Shown in pieces: positions 20,127-29,070 of a stretch of DNA of 64,000 bases. The stretch comes from Chloroflexota bacterium (GTDB lineage Bacteria; Chloroflexota; UBA11872; VXOZ01): positions 2,144,001-2,208,000 of the forward strand of contig OZ219802.1 in NCBI GenBank assembly GCA_964291655.2, in the 5' to 3' direction. Made by a program: the position numbers and the translations under genes. The notes beneath the pieces were generated by a model. It had not been told where the DNA came from, did no database searches, and was given only the letters and a program-made list of their open reading frames with translations. Within the stretch, counting starts at the first letter, position 1. Every line of letters starts with the position of its first letter.

Positions 20127-20575
20127 AGGTACTCGCAACTTGATACTGAACCATGGCGGTACGGTCATTGCCGCAAGGTGACCAGGTAGCATAAGGAGAA
20201 GTGTACAGAGGCGTGCCCTTCTTCGACAGGGAACGTCAGACTGGTTTAATTTTTGCTTTTTGTGGTTGATGTGAGAACGGCGTTGGAGGGGCGGCACAGG
20301 TTACACTCGTGTAGCAAAGTCGCTTCCGCTCCTGAGTGCAGCGAAGGTCTTGGTGTATGCAGTCATTTCGAGACGGCTTTTCATGTGCCTCTTGTCGTCT
20401 CAAACGGTCTGCATGAGTTGCCAGGCTCGAGCACGTAGGGATTGCAGAGTGTTAGCGCCGTCGTAAGTGACAATGGGCCCACCGAGGGTCGGAACTGTTT
20501 GGTTTCTGCCGGGCACTGACGTAAACGCCTATCTCGGCAGTATCTTTGCTGTAGAGCGTGAGCCAAGGCTTGCGC

Positions 20576-21261
20576 TCATTTCATTTTACTCGACGATATC
20601 TGTGCATTTATGCCCGCCAGGTACGCGGAGCCGGGTCCGATCGGTTTCAATTCCAGGGGCACAGCGGAACCTCTTGACTTCTCCTTGGGGTCTAGCCCCG
20701 CACGAAGGGCGTGCTCTCGCCCAGGAGACTTCTGCATTACTCGTGCCGCGACGTACACATGACGGTCGGCCAACGCCTTAAGCTCCGCGTTCAACGCCGT
20801 GCAGTCCGCTTGCAGGTCTTTCCGTTCATGCTTCGATAGGCTCAGCGCGAACGGATTACAATCTCCCGGTTTTTGCCCTCGCAGTTTTAATGCACCAGCA
20901 CGCCGCCGACTACAAGATAGTGCACGTGACGCTCACTTGGAATAGGCGTCTTGTGCACTCCCCACGGCACCTACGTTGCAACGTGCCAGCCGGAAGAGGG
21001 CGGCACGCTATGGTACGGCGGGTGCGGCGTGTCCACAGACGGGATGTGTTCAATGCTCTAGATCGGCGCCGGTGTACCGGGAAGACTGCGGAGGATGCCG
21101 CTGCGCTAGGCCGCGCGGCCAATGAGCTAGAGCAAGAGAATCACGCCCGCGAAAGAGACTATCGCGTGTACGTGCTGCCGTACGGGGTTGCGCACGCGGT
21201 TGCGGGCTTGAGCTGCCTACTGCTCGCGGCGGTGTGTGCGTTGGGTGGGTTGGCCGCTCAC
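20576..21261 (-). pseudogene. DUF3105-family protein pseudogene
   Basis: Frame from GTG 21261 (GTGA overlap with the mnmG stop) reads TM segment AIVSFAGVILLL*LIG, then EHIP...PYHSVPPSSGWHVAT*VPWGVHKTPIPSERHVHYLVVGGVLVH*NC, matching the DUF3105 YnsxPPTSGxH...WGv...E..VHNLEHG....YNC pattern. Five TAG and one TAA in frame; REP inserted at ~20822-20855. Confidence 0.75.
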
Positions 21262-23222
21262 CGCGCCGTTGCCTTGGCCGCATGCCGGTGTACGTGCACC
21301 ATGAGCACGGCAATATCCGCCGGGGTGACTCCGGCAATGCGGGCGGCCTGGCCGATCGTGCGCGGCTGAAATTGCCCCAGTTTTTGTCGCGCTTCCACTC
21401 GCAAGGAGGGAAGCTGGTCGTAGTCGAAGTCCTGCGGCAGTGCCATCGCCTCCATGCGCGCCATCTTTTTCACCTGCGACTGCTGGCGCTCCACATAGCC
21501 CGCATAGCGCGCTTCAAGCTCGATTTGCGCAACGACCTCGGGATCGAGCTCGTCCGCCTGCTCGCCCATAAGCGCGGCAACGACTGCGTAGCGCCCGCGC
21601 GGGCGCTGCAGGAGGCTCAGCGCATTCGTCTGGCTACTGAGCGGCTGCACGCCGGCTCTTGCCAGTGCGCCATTTGTACTGAGCGATGGCGTAATCCAGT
21701 GGCTGCGGAGACGCTCCAGCGTGCGCCCAATCTGATCGCGCTTTGCCATGACACCCGCATAGCGCTCTCCGTCGATCAGGCCGACCTCATACCCAAGCGG
21801 CGTGAGGCGCAGGTCGGCGTTATCGTGGCGCAGCAGCAACCGGTACTCTGCGCGGGAGGTGAACAGGCGATATGGTTCTTGATGCTCCTGGCTTACGAGG
21901 TCATCCAGCATCACGCCGATGTATGCCTGGTCGCGCCCTAACACGACGGCCGGATTGCCCTGCACGCGCCGGGCGGCGTTGATGCCGGCGATGAGTCCCT
22001 GCGCCGCTGCTTCTTCGTAGCCGGAGGTGCCGTTGATCTGACCGGCAAAGAAGAGGCCGGAGACTGACTTGGCCTCCAAGGTGACGTTCGTCTGGTCCGT
22101 GACCACGTGATCGTACTCGACGGCGTAGCCGTGCCGCACAATCTCCGCGTTGCGCAGCGCCGGAACGGTGCGCAGCATCGCCGCCTGCACGTCTTCCGGC
22201 AAGCTGGTATTCGCTCCCTGCACATAGACCTCATGCGTGGTATATCCCTCCGGCTCGAGGAAGAGTTGGTGGGAGTCTTTGTGCGCAAACCGCACGATCT
22301 TGTCCTCGATAGAGGGACAATAGCGGGGTCCTGTTCCGCTGATGCTACCGTTGAACATGGGCGCCCGGTGGAGGTTGTCGCGAATGATGTCGTGCGTGGC
22401 AGGGTTGGTGTGCGTCAAGTAGCAGACCATCTGCCGCCGCCAGGGCGTATCGATCTGGAAGGGGTACACCGGGTCCGGCTCCTCCCGCCGGATTTCTTCT
22501 TCCCGTAGGGGCGTAAATGAGAATCGCAGCGGCTGTTGCGACCCGGGCTGCGGCGTGGTAAGCGCAAAGTTGATGCTCTCTGCGAGGACGCGCGGTGGGG
22601 TGCCGGTTTTCAGGCGGCGTAGTTGAAAGCCCAGCCCGCGCAATGCGTGTGAAAGACCCTGGGCAGGCGCTTCTCCAGCGCGTCCACCCTCAACACGCCT
22701 CTCGCCCGTAATCAGCATGCCTTGCAGGAAAGTGCCGGTAGTCAGAACGACAGTCGGCGCACGGAACGAGTGGCCGGCCTTGGTCTTTACGCCGGTGACG
22801 CGGCGGCGCTCCTCAGACGTATTGGTCGTGATGAGGTCTTCAACCAGGCCGTCGTGGATGGTCAAGTTTGCCTGGTTTTCCAGCACTTGGCGCATTGCTT
22901 GGGCGTAGAGGTGCTTGTCGCACTGGGCGCGCAGCGCCTGTACTGCGGGGCCCTTGCTGCTGTTGAGCAAGCGAATCTGGATAAAAGTACGGTCGGTGAT
23001 CTTGCCCATTTCGCCGCCAAGGGCGTCAATCTCTCGCACAAGATGCCCCTTGGCCGGTCCCCCAATCGAGGGATTGCAGGGCATGAAGGCGATGCGCTCG
23101 CGGTCGCCGGTGACGACCAATGTGCTGCATCCCATGCGCGCCGCCGCGAGCGCCGCCTCACAGCCGGCATGGCCGGCGCCAACGACTATTACGCCATAGT
23201 GCGCTGGTTGACATTGGTTCAT
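21258..23222 (-). CDS. mnmG: tRNA uridine-5-carboxymethylaminomethyl modification enzyme MnmG (GidA)
   Basis: VVGAGHAGCEAA, MPCNPSIGG.AKG, SKGPAV, KTGTPPR, GPRYCPSIEDK, AGQINGTSGYEEAAAQG. Confidence 0.98.
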   Translation of the reverse strand: MNQCQPAHYGVIVVGAGHAGCEAALAAARMGCSTLVVTGDRERIAFMPCNPSIGGPAKGHLVREIDALGGEMGKITDRTFIQIRLLNSSKGPAVQALRAQCDKHLYAQAMRQVLENQANLTIHDGLVEDLITTNTSEERRRVTGVKTKAGHSFRAPTVVLTTGTFLQGMLITGERRVEGGRAGEAPAQGLSHALRGLGFQLRRLKTGTPPRVLAESINFALTTPQPGSQQPLRFSFTPLREEEIRREEPDPVYPFQIDTPWRRQMVCYLTHTNPATHDIIRDNLHRAPMFNGSISGTGPRYCPSIEDKIVRFAHKDSHQLFLEPEGYTTHEVYVQGANTSLPEDVQAAMLRTVPALRNAEIVRHGYAVEYDHVVTDQTNVTLEAKSVSGLFFAGQINGTSGYEEAAAQGLIAGINAARRVQGNPAVVLGRDQAYIGVMLDDLVSQEHQEPYRLFTSRAEYRLLLRHDNADLRLTPLGYEVGLIDGERYAGVMAKRDQIGRTLERLRSHWITPSLSTNGALARAGVQPLSSQTNALSLLQRPRGRYAVVAALMGEQADELDPEVVAQIELEARYAGYVERQQSQVKKMARMEAMALPQDFDYDQLPSLRVEARQKLGQFQPRTIGQAARIAGVTPADIAVLMVHVHRHAAKATAR

Positions 23223-23481
23223 GGAGGTTTCTGTGACCTGTTGCTACTTCAATCGCATGAAGGCGAGGAGGAACGCGCAAACATGAGCCGGACAATCTCT
23301 ATCGAGCATATACGACGCGCTGTCTACGAAACAAGCAATTCTCACCCGAAAAACTCTGTGTGAGTGTGACGAGGGCGTGAAAAGAGGAGCGCGTGGCTAA
23401 GCTCCCCTCGCCTAGGTCCTCTCCCCTAGGAGACCTTGGTGTAACCTTAGCGGAAACGAGAGAATGCCCTCTTCCTCGACG

Positions 23482-23620
23482 GAGACCTTTGCGTAACTCC
23501 GTCATTCCGGCGAAAGCCGGAATCCAGAGCGCCTTTACAACTAAAGACAGCATGATGTCAAGTCATTTCACCCCCATCCCAACCTTCCCCCTCAAAGGTG
23601 AAGGGTTATGCAAAGGTCTC
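23482..23620. mobile_element. 139-bp MITE, copy 1 (GAGACCTTTGC TIRs)
   Basis: TIRs gagacctttgcgtaac / gttatgcaaaggtctc; flanking direct repeat ctcgacg; internal gtcattccggcgaaagccggaatccag REP. Confidence 0.85.
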
Positions 23621-23951
23621 CTCGACGGGAGAGGGCTAGGGTGAGGGTGAATCTCCTGAATTCTCGCCATAGCATACCGATATTTGCTCGGCTACATCTT
23701 GACACTGCACCAGCGCAAGGGGCCACTGCAACATAGAGATCCCCTCACCCCGACCCTCTCCCCGAGGAGAGGGAGGTTTTCTCGCCTACAGGTGAGTTAC
23801 GCAAAGGTCTCCACAGGGAGAGGGCCGGGGTGAGGGGATTTCTGCTTAACACGTCATCTCTTCCAGCAAGACCGATACGCAAGCGTGCAATTACGGGAAT
23901 AGAGCCCCCAAATTGCGGGAATCTCCCCCTCACCCTAACCCTCTCCCGCCG

Positions 23952-24090
23952 GAGACCTTTGCGTAACTCCGTCATTCCGGCGAAAGCCGGAATCCAGGGC
24001 GTGTTTACACCTAGAGATAGCATAATGTCAACTCGTTTCACCCCCATCCCATCCTTCCCCCTCATAGGTGATGGGTTATGCAAAGGTCTC
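23952..24090. mobile_element. 139-bp MITE, copy 2
   Basis: Same TIRs and length, several internal substitutions; flanking direct repeat cgccg. Confidence 0.85.
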
Positions 24091-24419
24091 CGCCGGGAGA
24101 GGGGACTTTCCCGTCCCGGCAAGGCTAAAGCAAGGGTCTCCTCGACGGGAGAGGGCGAGAGCCTGCCCCGCACTCGATACAGCGTATCGAGTGCGGGGCG
24201 GGTTCCGAGCACTTCGGCAAGCTCAGCGCAGGCCTGTCGATGGGCAAGACCACAGGGAGCGATGCACTTGTGAGACAAGCTCACAGGGAGAGGGGGGACA
24301 ATTTCTTTCGCGGGCTTGGGTTTCGCAGTGGTCTGTACAGGGAGACGAGGGTTGGGTGCGCCCAGGTCGAGTTGCGGAGATGCCTTCGCAGGAGTAAGGG
24401 AAAATTGTTGACATCGGCA

Positions 24420-25049
24420 CTAGAGAGTGCGCAGGGCCCGCGTTGCGGCTTCGACGTCCTGTGCGCCCACCACAGCCGAAACGACGGCGATGCCGTCTGC
24501 GCCCGCCGCTTGTACGGCCGCGGCGTTCTCTGCCGTAATGCCGCCGATGCCCACAAGAGGAATGGCAGGCGCAGCCTCCCGCAGCGCGCGGACCATGGCG
24601 GGGCCGACCGGAGCACCGGCATCGTCTTTCGTGCGCGTCGCATACATGGGGCCCACGCCGAGATAGTCGGGACGGGCGGGCAGCACCGCCGCCAACTCAG
24701 CGAGATTGCCGGCCGACATGCCGATGATGGCATCGTCGCCCAGCAGCTTGCGGGCGACCGCAGGCGGCAGGTCGTCGTGACCGAGGTGCACGCCGTCCGC
24801 GCCGCACGCAAAGGCAATGTCCACGCGGTCATTCACGACAAAGGGGATGCATGCAGTCCTGCAGAGTTGGGATACGGCCGTCGCCGCAGCCAATACGTCA
24901 CGGTCGGGAGAACGCTTGTCACGCAATTGGAGCATGGTCGCCCCACCGGCAATTGCCTGGCGGGCAATTGCCACTACGGAGCGCCCTCCGGCTACTGCCG
25001 GATCGAGCACAACGTAGAGGCGCAGATCCAGTGTTCGTCCAGGGCTCAT
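24420..25049 (-). CDS. thiE: Thiamine-phosphate synthase
   Basis: LYVV, QLRDK, VNDRVD, ADGVHLG.DD, DYLGVGPMYAT.TK, VGIGGI, GIAVVSAV. Confidence 0.96.
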   Translation of the reverse strand: MSPGRTLDLRLYVVLDPAVAGGRSVVAIARQAIAGGATMLQLRDKRSPDRDVLAAATAVSQLCRTACIPFVVNDRVDIAFACGADGVHLGHDDLPPAVARKLLGDDAIIGMSAGNLAELAAVLPARPDYLGVGPMYATRTKDDAGAPVGPAMVRALREAAPAIPLVGIGGITAENAAAVQAAGADGIAVVSAVVGAQDVEAATRALRTL

Positions 25050-25708
25050 TGGCAAGAACAGACGTTCAGAGTCTCACGTAAGCGCGCAACAGCTTGGAGG
25101 AATCGCGGATGGTCTTGTGCTCTCCGCCTCGAGCGCCGAGTCTGAGAAGAATTGTCCTACGGCCCGCAGTCAAGCGTCAAATCTCTCCCGTCCGGTAGAT
25201 GGAATTTTGATGGCTCCCGGCGAGGGATTGGCCTGATCTGCCAACCAAGCGCACGGTCGAGTCTCGCCGATCTTGCTATTGCACTATGGGGCAATTCAAA
25301 GTCATAGGGGATTGTGCAAGAGATCCTCGGCCAATCGCCGATCATGGATCGGCAAGGGCTTCGCGACGCCTACTCACCACGAACGGCAGAGACAAGCTTA
25401 CCCCGAACGGCAAAAGTGAAGACTAATCGAATGAACGGATTGTGAATTCGTCGGAAGAGCCAGATTCCACTCGTCCTGAGCCCGTCGAGGTGCTCAGCAC
25501 AGGCTTGACGAAGAGTCAAGAACGAACGGAAACGCTTTTAACACAACTTCGTAGAGTACAGCACTGACAGCGCCTATCCCGGATCCCACCGGGAACTCAT
25601 ACAACAAGGATTGCCAGTCAATCGGTTAGTTGTGGGCGTATACACCTTATGTTACACTACGGGGATAGATTGGAGTGCTTGGCCGCACAAAGCAACAGAG
25701 CAAGGGGT

Positions 25709-26485
25709 ATGGCGCTCACAATTGCCTGTGCCAACCAAAAGGGTGGTGTCGGCAAGACGACGACAACTGCTAATCTAGGTGCTACTCTCTCGTTGATGGG
25801 TAAGCGCATTTTGGCGGTAGACATGGATGCTCAGGCCAATTTGACCGCTCACTTTGGTCTGGAGCGGGAGTTACAGACCTCTGTAGCGAACGCGCTGCGC
25901 GATCGCAAGGTGGAATTGCCCATTTACCGCGTTGAAGACGACGCGGGCATGTCGATTGACATCGTGCCTGCATCGTTGGAACTCGCGAGTGTAGAGTTTC
26001 AACTGGCAGCAGTCATAGGTCGCGAATTGCGCCTGCGCGAGCACTTGGACAAATTCCAGGATCAATACGACTTTATCCTAATCGACACGCCTCCCTCACT
26101 TGGTTTGCTCACGATAAACGCGCTGGTAGCCGCAGACTGCGTGATTATTCCTACCGAAGCGCGTTTCTTCTCCCTGCAAGGCCTGTACATGTTACAAGAC
26201 ACCATTGGAGAGGCGGCAGCGCTCAATCCGAAAATTGAAATACTGGGTGTGTTACTTAGCAAGTACGACCGCCGGCTGCGCGAAGAAAAGGCGGTTTGGC
26301 AGTACCTGCACGAACGTTGGGGCGACCGCGTCTTTACTACCGAGATTGGGATAAACAGCAAGATTTTGGAGGCCGCGTCGGCGGGTGTCCCGGTCAATGC
26401 ATACGCAGGCGGTAAAAAAGCAACCCATGCATATCAGCTACTAGCCAGAGAGGTGTTAGACCGTGTCGAAGCGACCCGGCTTTGA
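25709..26485 (+). CDS. parA: ParA/Soj-family ATPase
   Basis: Deviant Walker A NQKGGVGKTTT, DMDAQANLT, YDFILIDTPPSLGLLTINALVAAD; ATG 25709. Confidence 0.93.
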   Translation: MALTIACANQKGGVGKTTTTANLGATLSLMGKRILAVDMDAQANLTAHFGLERELQTSVANALRDRKVELPIYRVEDDAGMSIDIVPASLELASVEFQLAAVIGRELRLREHLDKFQDQYDFILIDTPPSLGLLTINALVAADCVIIPTEARFFSLQGLYMLQDTIGEAAALNPKIEILGVLLSKYDRRLREEKAVWQYLHERWGDRVFTTEIGINSKILEAASAGVPVNAYAGGKKATHAYQLLAREVLDRVEATRL

Positions 26486-27644
26486 TCCCGAGCGGTTGGA
26501 GAACGTGAAAGATAGCACGCGTCCCCGCCCGGTGGTGCCTGACATGGTTGTTCCCGGCTCCCATGCGCGCGAGGCGCGCGGGGTTATTCAAATTCGCATC
26601 ATTGGTGTGGGCGGATGCGGTAGCAACGCGGTCAACCGTATGATCGAATCCAACGTGGTTGGTGCTGCATACGCGGTCATTAATACGGATGCGCAGGCGC
26701 TCCAGGTCTCACGCGCGGAAGACAAACTCGCCATTGGAGATCGCATCACCCGTCTTCGCGGCACGGGCGGACAACCGGAATTGGGCCAACGGGCGGCTGA
26801 AGAGAGTGTCCAAGACATTGAGCAACTCGTCAGTGGCGCGGATATGGTCTTTGTGACTGCGGGCATGGGCGGCGGCACCGGCACCGGCGCGGCGCCTATT
26901 GTCGCCGAACTAGCCAGGCGCCACGGCGCGCTTACGGTGGGAGTCGTCACGCTGCCCTTCATGTTCGAGGGTCGCCCACGGCAGCGCAATGCGGCTGCCG
27001 GCCTGCAAGCGCTCCAACAGCACGTGGATACACTCATCGTCATTCACAACGACCGCCTCCTGGCTGCAGTGCCGGCTTCGGCGCCGATGACGGAAGCGTT
27101 TGCTCTGGCTGATGAGATGCTCGTAAACGGTGTCAAGTCCATTACCGAGCTTGTGACCACGACAGGGATTATCAACGTAGACTTTGCCGACGTGCGTTCG
27201 GTGATGCAGGATGCGGGAACTGCCATGATGGGGATGGGCATCGGGTCCGGCGAGAATCGCATGCTGCTGGCAGTGGAAGAAGCGATGAAAGATCCCCTCT
27301 CCGATAAGGCCGTCAAGGGCGCTCGGGGCGTGCTGTTGAACTTCCGCGGCGGACCCGACATGAGTATTCAGGAAATCAGCGCCGCCGCAGAAATGGTTAG
27401 CACCACGGTAGACCGCGAAGCCAATATCATCTTCGGCGCGTCTATCGATCCGGCGAACCAGGAAGAAGTGCAAGTTACGCTGATTGCCACCGGCCTTCCT
27501 GGCGAACAGCCGCAGCGCGCCGGTAGGCGCGGCCCGACACGCGACGATGAGCCCACCGTCCGGCCGGAAGTCGAGGTGGAAGAGGCGGAGGTAGAAGACC
27601 TGGACTTGCCGGCGTTTCTGCGCCGCCGCCGCCCCAGTCGGTGA
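26463..27644 (+). CDS. ftsZ: Cell division protein FtsZ with N-terminal extension
   Basis: IGVGGCGSNAVNRM, tubulin signature GGGTGTG, PF.FEG, T7 loop INVDFADV, VTLIATG, C-terminal DLDLPAFLRR; GTG start preceded by GAGAGGTG inside parA. Confidence 0.96.
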   Translation: MSKRPGFDPERLENVKDSTRPRPVVPDMVVPGSHAREARGVIQIRIIGVGGCGSNAVNRMIESNVVGAAYAVINTDAQALQVSRAEDKLAIGDRITRLRGTGGQPELGQRAAEESVQDIEQLVSGADMVFVTAGMGGGTGTGAAPIVAELARRHGALTVGVVTLPFMFEGRPRQRNAAAGLQALQQHVDTLIVIHNDRLLAAVPASAPMTEAFALADEMLVNGVKSITELVTTTGIINVDFADVRSVMQDAGTAMMGMGIGSGENRMLLAVEEAMKDPLSDKAVKGARGVLLNFRGGPDMSIQEISAAAEMVSTTVDREANIIFGASIDPANQEEVQVTLIATGLPGEQPQRAGRRGPTRDDEPTVRPEVEVEEAEVEDLDLPAFLRRRRPSR

Positions 27645-28022
27645 CTTTCGCTCCTAGCCCCGCCTGCATTGCACCGAGTCTCTAGGACTCAAGATAGGAT
27701 TCCCTGGCTTGGCTTGCCTACGGCGGCATGGCTGGTGTAAGTATGCGCCTCACTCTTGTTTCCTCAGCTCGAGAGAACATGCAGCAAAGTTCCGCAGGCG
27801 TGTGTCGCCTCTAACCAATCTTCGTAGAGGCAAGAATCTGGTTTCTAGAGAGACGTTTGCGAAACCGGTCTCCCTGCCGGTTAAGCCCCTTCTTCCCAGG
27901 TAGAGGAAATCGGTACCGTTCCAACCCGATTTCAACCGATTGGCACAGCTCCGCAGGGCTTGCCCCGTACCAGGATTCAGGGGTTCCCCATGCGGGCGGA
28001 GAACTCTACTGGAAGCTACGAG

Positions 28023-28826
28023 TTATGGGCAAGGTTTGGTCGCCCGTATGGAGAACATCTGCGGGATAGATTCGTTTTTCTCTGGGAACCGCCACCAGCC
28101 GTCATCCCCCTGCACCATGTTGGGCAGCGCTTGATAGTGGCAAAAGGGAAACTCATGGAGGAACTCGATCCTGAGTCCGGAGCCAACTAAGGCCGTGACA
28201 ATCTCACCGAGGCTGTGCTGCCACTCATAGTTGGGACTCGCGATGGTTTCGCTACCGGCATAGGACGGCCCATCGCCCGGAAGGTACAACTCTTGGCAGA
28301 AGTAGCTGTACGACGGCAGAGCCTCACCACTTGCGGAAGGTTCGAGCGTTTGCAGGACCGGGTGAAATTCCACAATGTAGAACGTCCCGCCCGGTTTGAG
28401 GTAACGGATTGCCACCTCGGCCCAGCGGTCAAGGTCCGGCAACCAGCACAAGATGCCGTATGACGTGAACACAATGTCGAATTCTTCTGTGAGCACGTTC
28501 GGCAGATCGTAAAGGTTAGAACAGAAAAAGCGCGCGTCCGTGCCGACTTCAGCATTCAACGCGCGCGCGAGTTCAACTGCGTCGTCGGAGAAGTCCACGC
28601 CGGTCGCCTGTGCGCCCAGCCGCGCCCACGACACAGTGTCCAGACCAAAGTGGCACTGCAAGTGAAGCAACGACTTACCGGCTATGGGGCCGACCTCTTC
28701 CCGCTCGATGTCTTTAAGGGTTAACTGGCCCGCCTTGAAGCCGTCCACGTCGTAGAAGTCGGAAGCTGCGTGAACAGCAGTTCTTTCATTCCAGTTAATC
28801 CGGTTCGCTTCGAGGCGTTTATCCAT
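28023..28826 (-). CDS. Class I SAM-dependent methyltransferase
   Basis: LHLQCHFG.D, GVDFS, FDIVFTSYG...WLPDL, LKPGG.FY..EFHP. Confidence 0.92.
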   Translation of the reverse strand: MDKRLEANRINWNERTAVHAASDFYDVDGFKAGQLTLKDIEREEVGPIAGKSLLHLQCHFGLDTVSWARLGAQATGVDFSDDAVELARALNAEVGTDARFFCSNLYDLPNVLTEEFDIVFTSYGILCWLPDLDRWAEVAIRYLKPGGTFYIVEFHPVLQTLEPSASGEALPSYSYFCQELYLPGDGPSYAGSETIASPNYEWQHSLGEIVTALVGSGLRIEFLHEFPFCHYQALPNMVQGDDGWWRFPEKNESIPQMFSIRATKPCP

Positions 28827-28977
28827 GGGAATGGTACGTGTTGACTAATCCGTTTTGACAGTTTCCCGCTTTTGTCGCCTTGCCAAGATTGAGAGTGCTC
28901 TTGCAACCGTCATTTGTATGTTGTAAGAAGCAGGCAAATGCGGAATGTAAAAGGGTAACACGAGGGGCGCGTGGTCC

Positions 28978-29048
28978 GTCATTCCCGCGCAGGCGGGAAT
29001 CCATCTCCCTCTGTGCTCCCTGGACTCCGGCTTTCCCCGGAGTGACGG
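28978..29048. repeat. Inverted REP doublet (GTCATTCCC...GGGAATC family)
   Basis: gtcattcccgcgcaggcgggaatcca ... tggactccggctttccccggagtgac. Confidence 0.7.
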
Positions 29049-29070
29049 ATTCGGGATGAACGCGGGCCTT

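Noticed and set aside
18719-20575. Short ORFs of 60-177 aa in the ORF track
   Set aside because: Overlapping, Arg/Cys/Ser-rich and motif-free; probably spurious.
20576-21261. Genome-wide amber (TAG) recoding
   Set aside because: Conserved genes such as thiE and citrate synthase end at TAG at their expected C-termini, and the frame also has a TAA and a REP insertion.
20890-21369. 159-aa + strand ORF
   Set aside because: Antisense shadow of the DUF3105 pseudogene and the mnmG 3' end.
23299-24397. Several ORFs containing RNSVIPAKAGIQ (also 38580-39002)
   Set aside because: They are translations of MITE/REP sequence.
25050-25260. TPP riboswitch for thiE
   Set aside because: CTGAGA and CCTGATC occur on the wrong strand and too far apart.
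26463-27644. Plasmid/phage TubZ-type tubulin
   Set aside because: The sequence is canonical FtsZ, including the C-terminal peptide, in a chromosomal housekeeping context.
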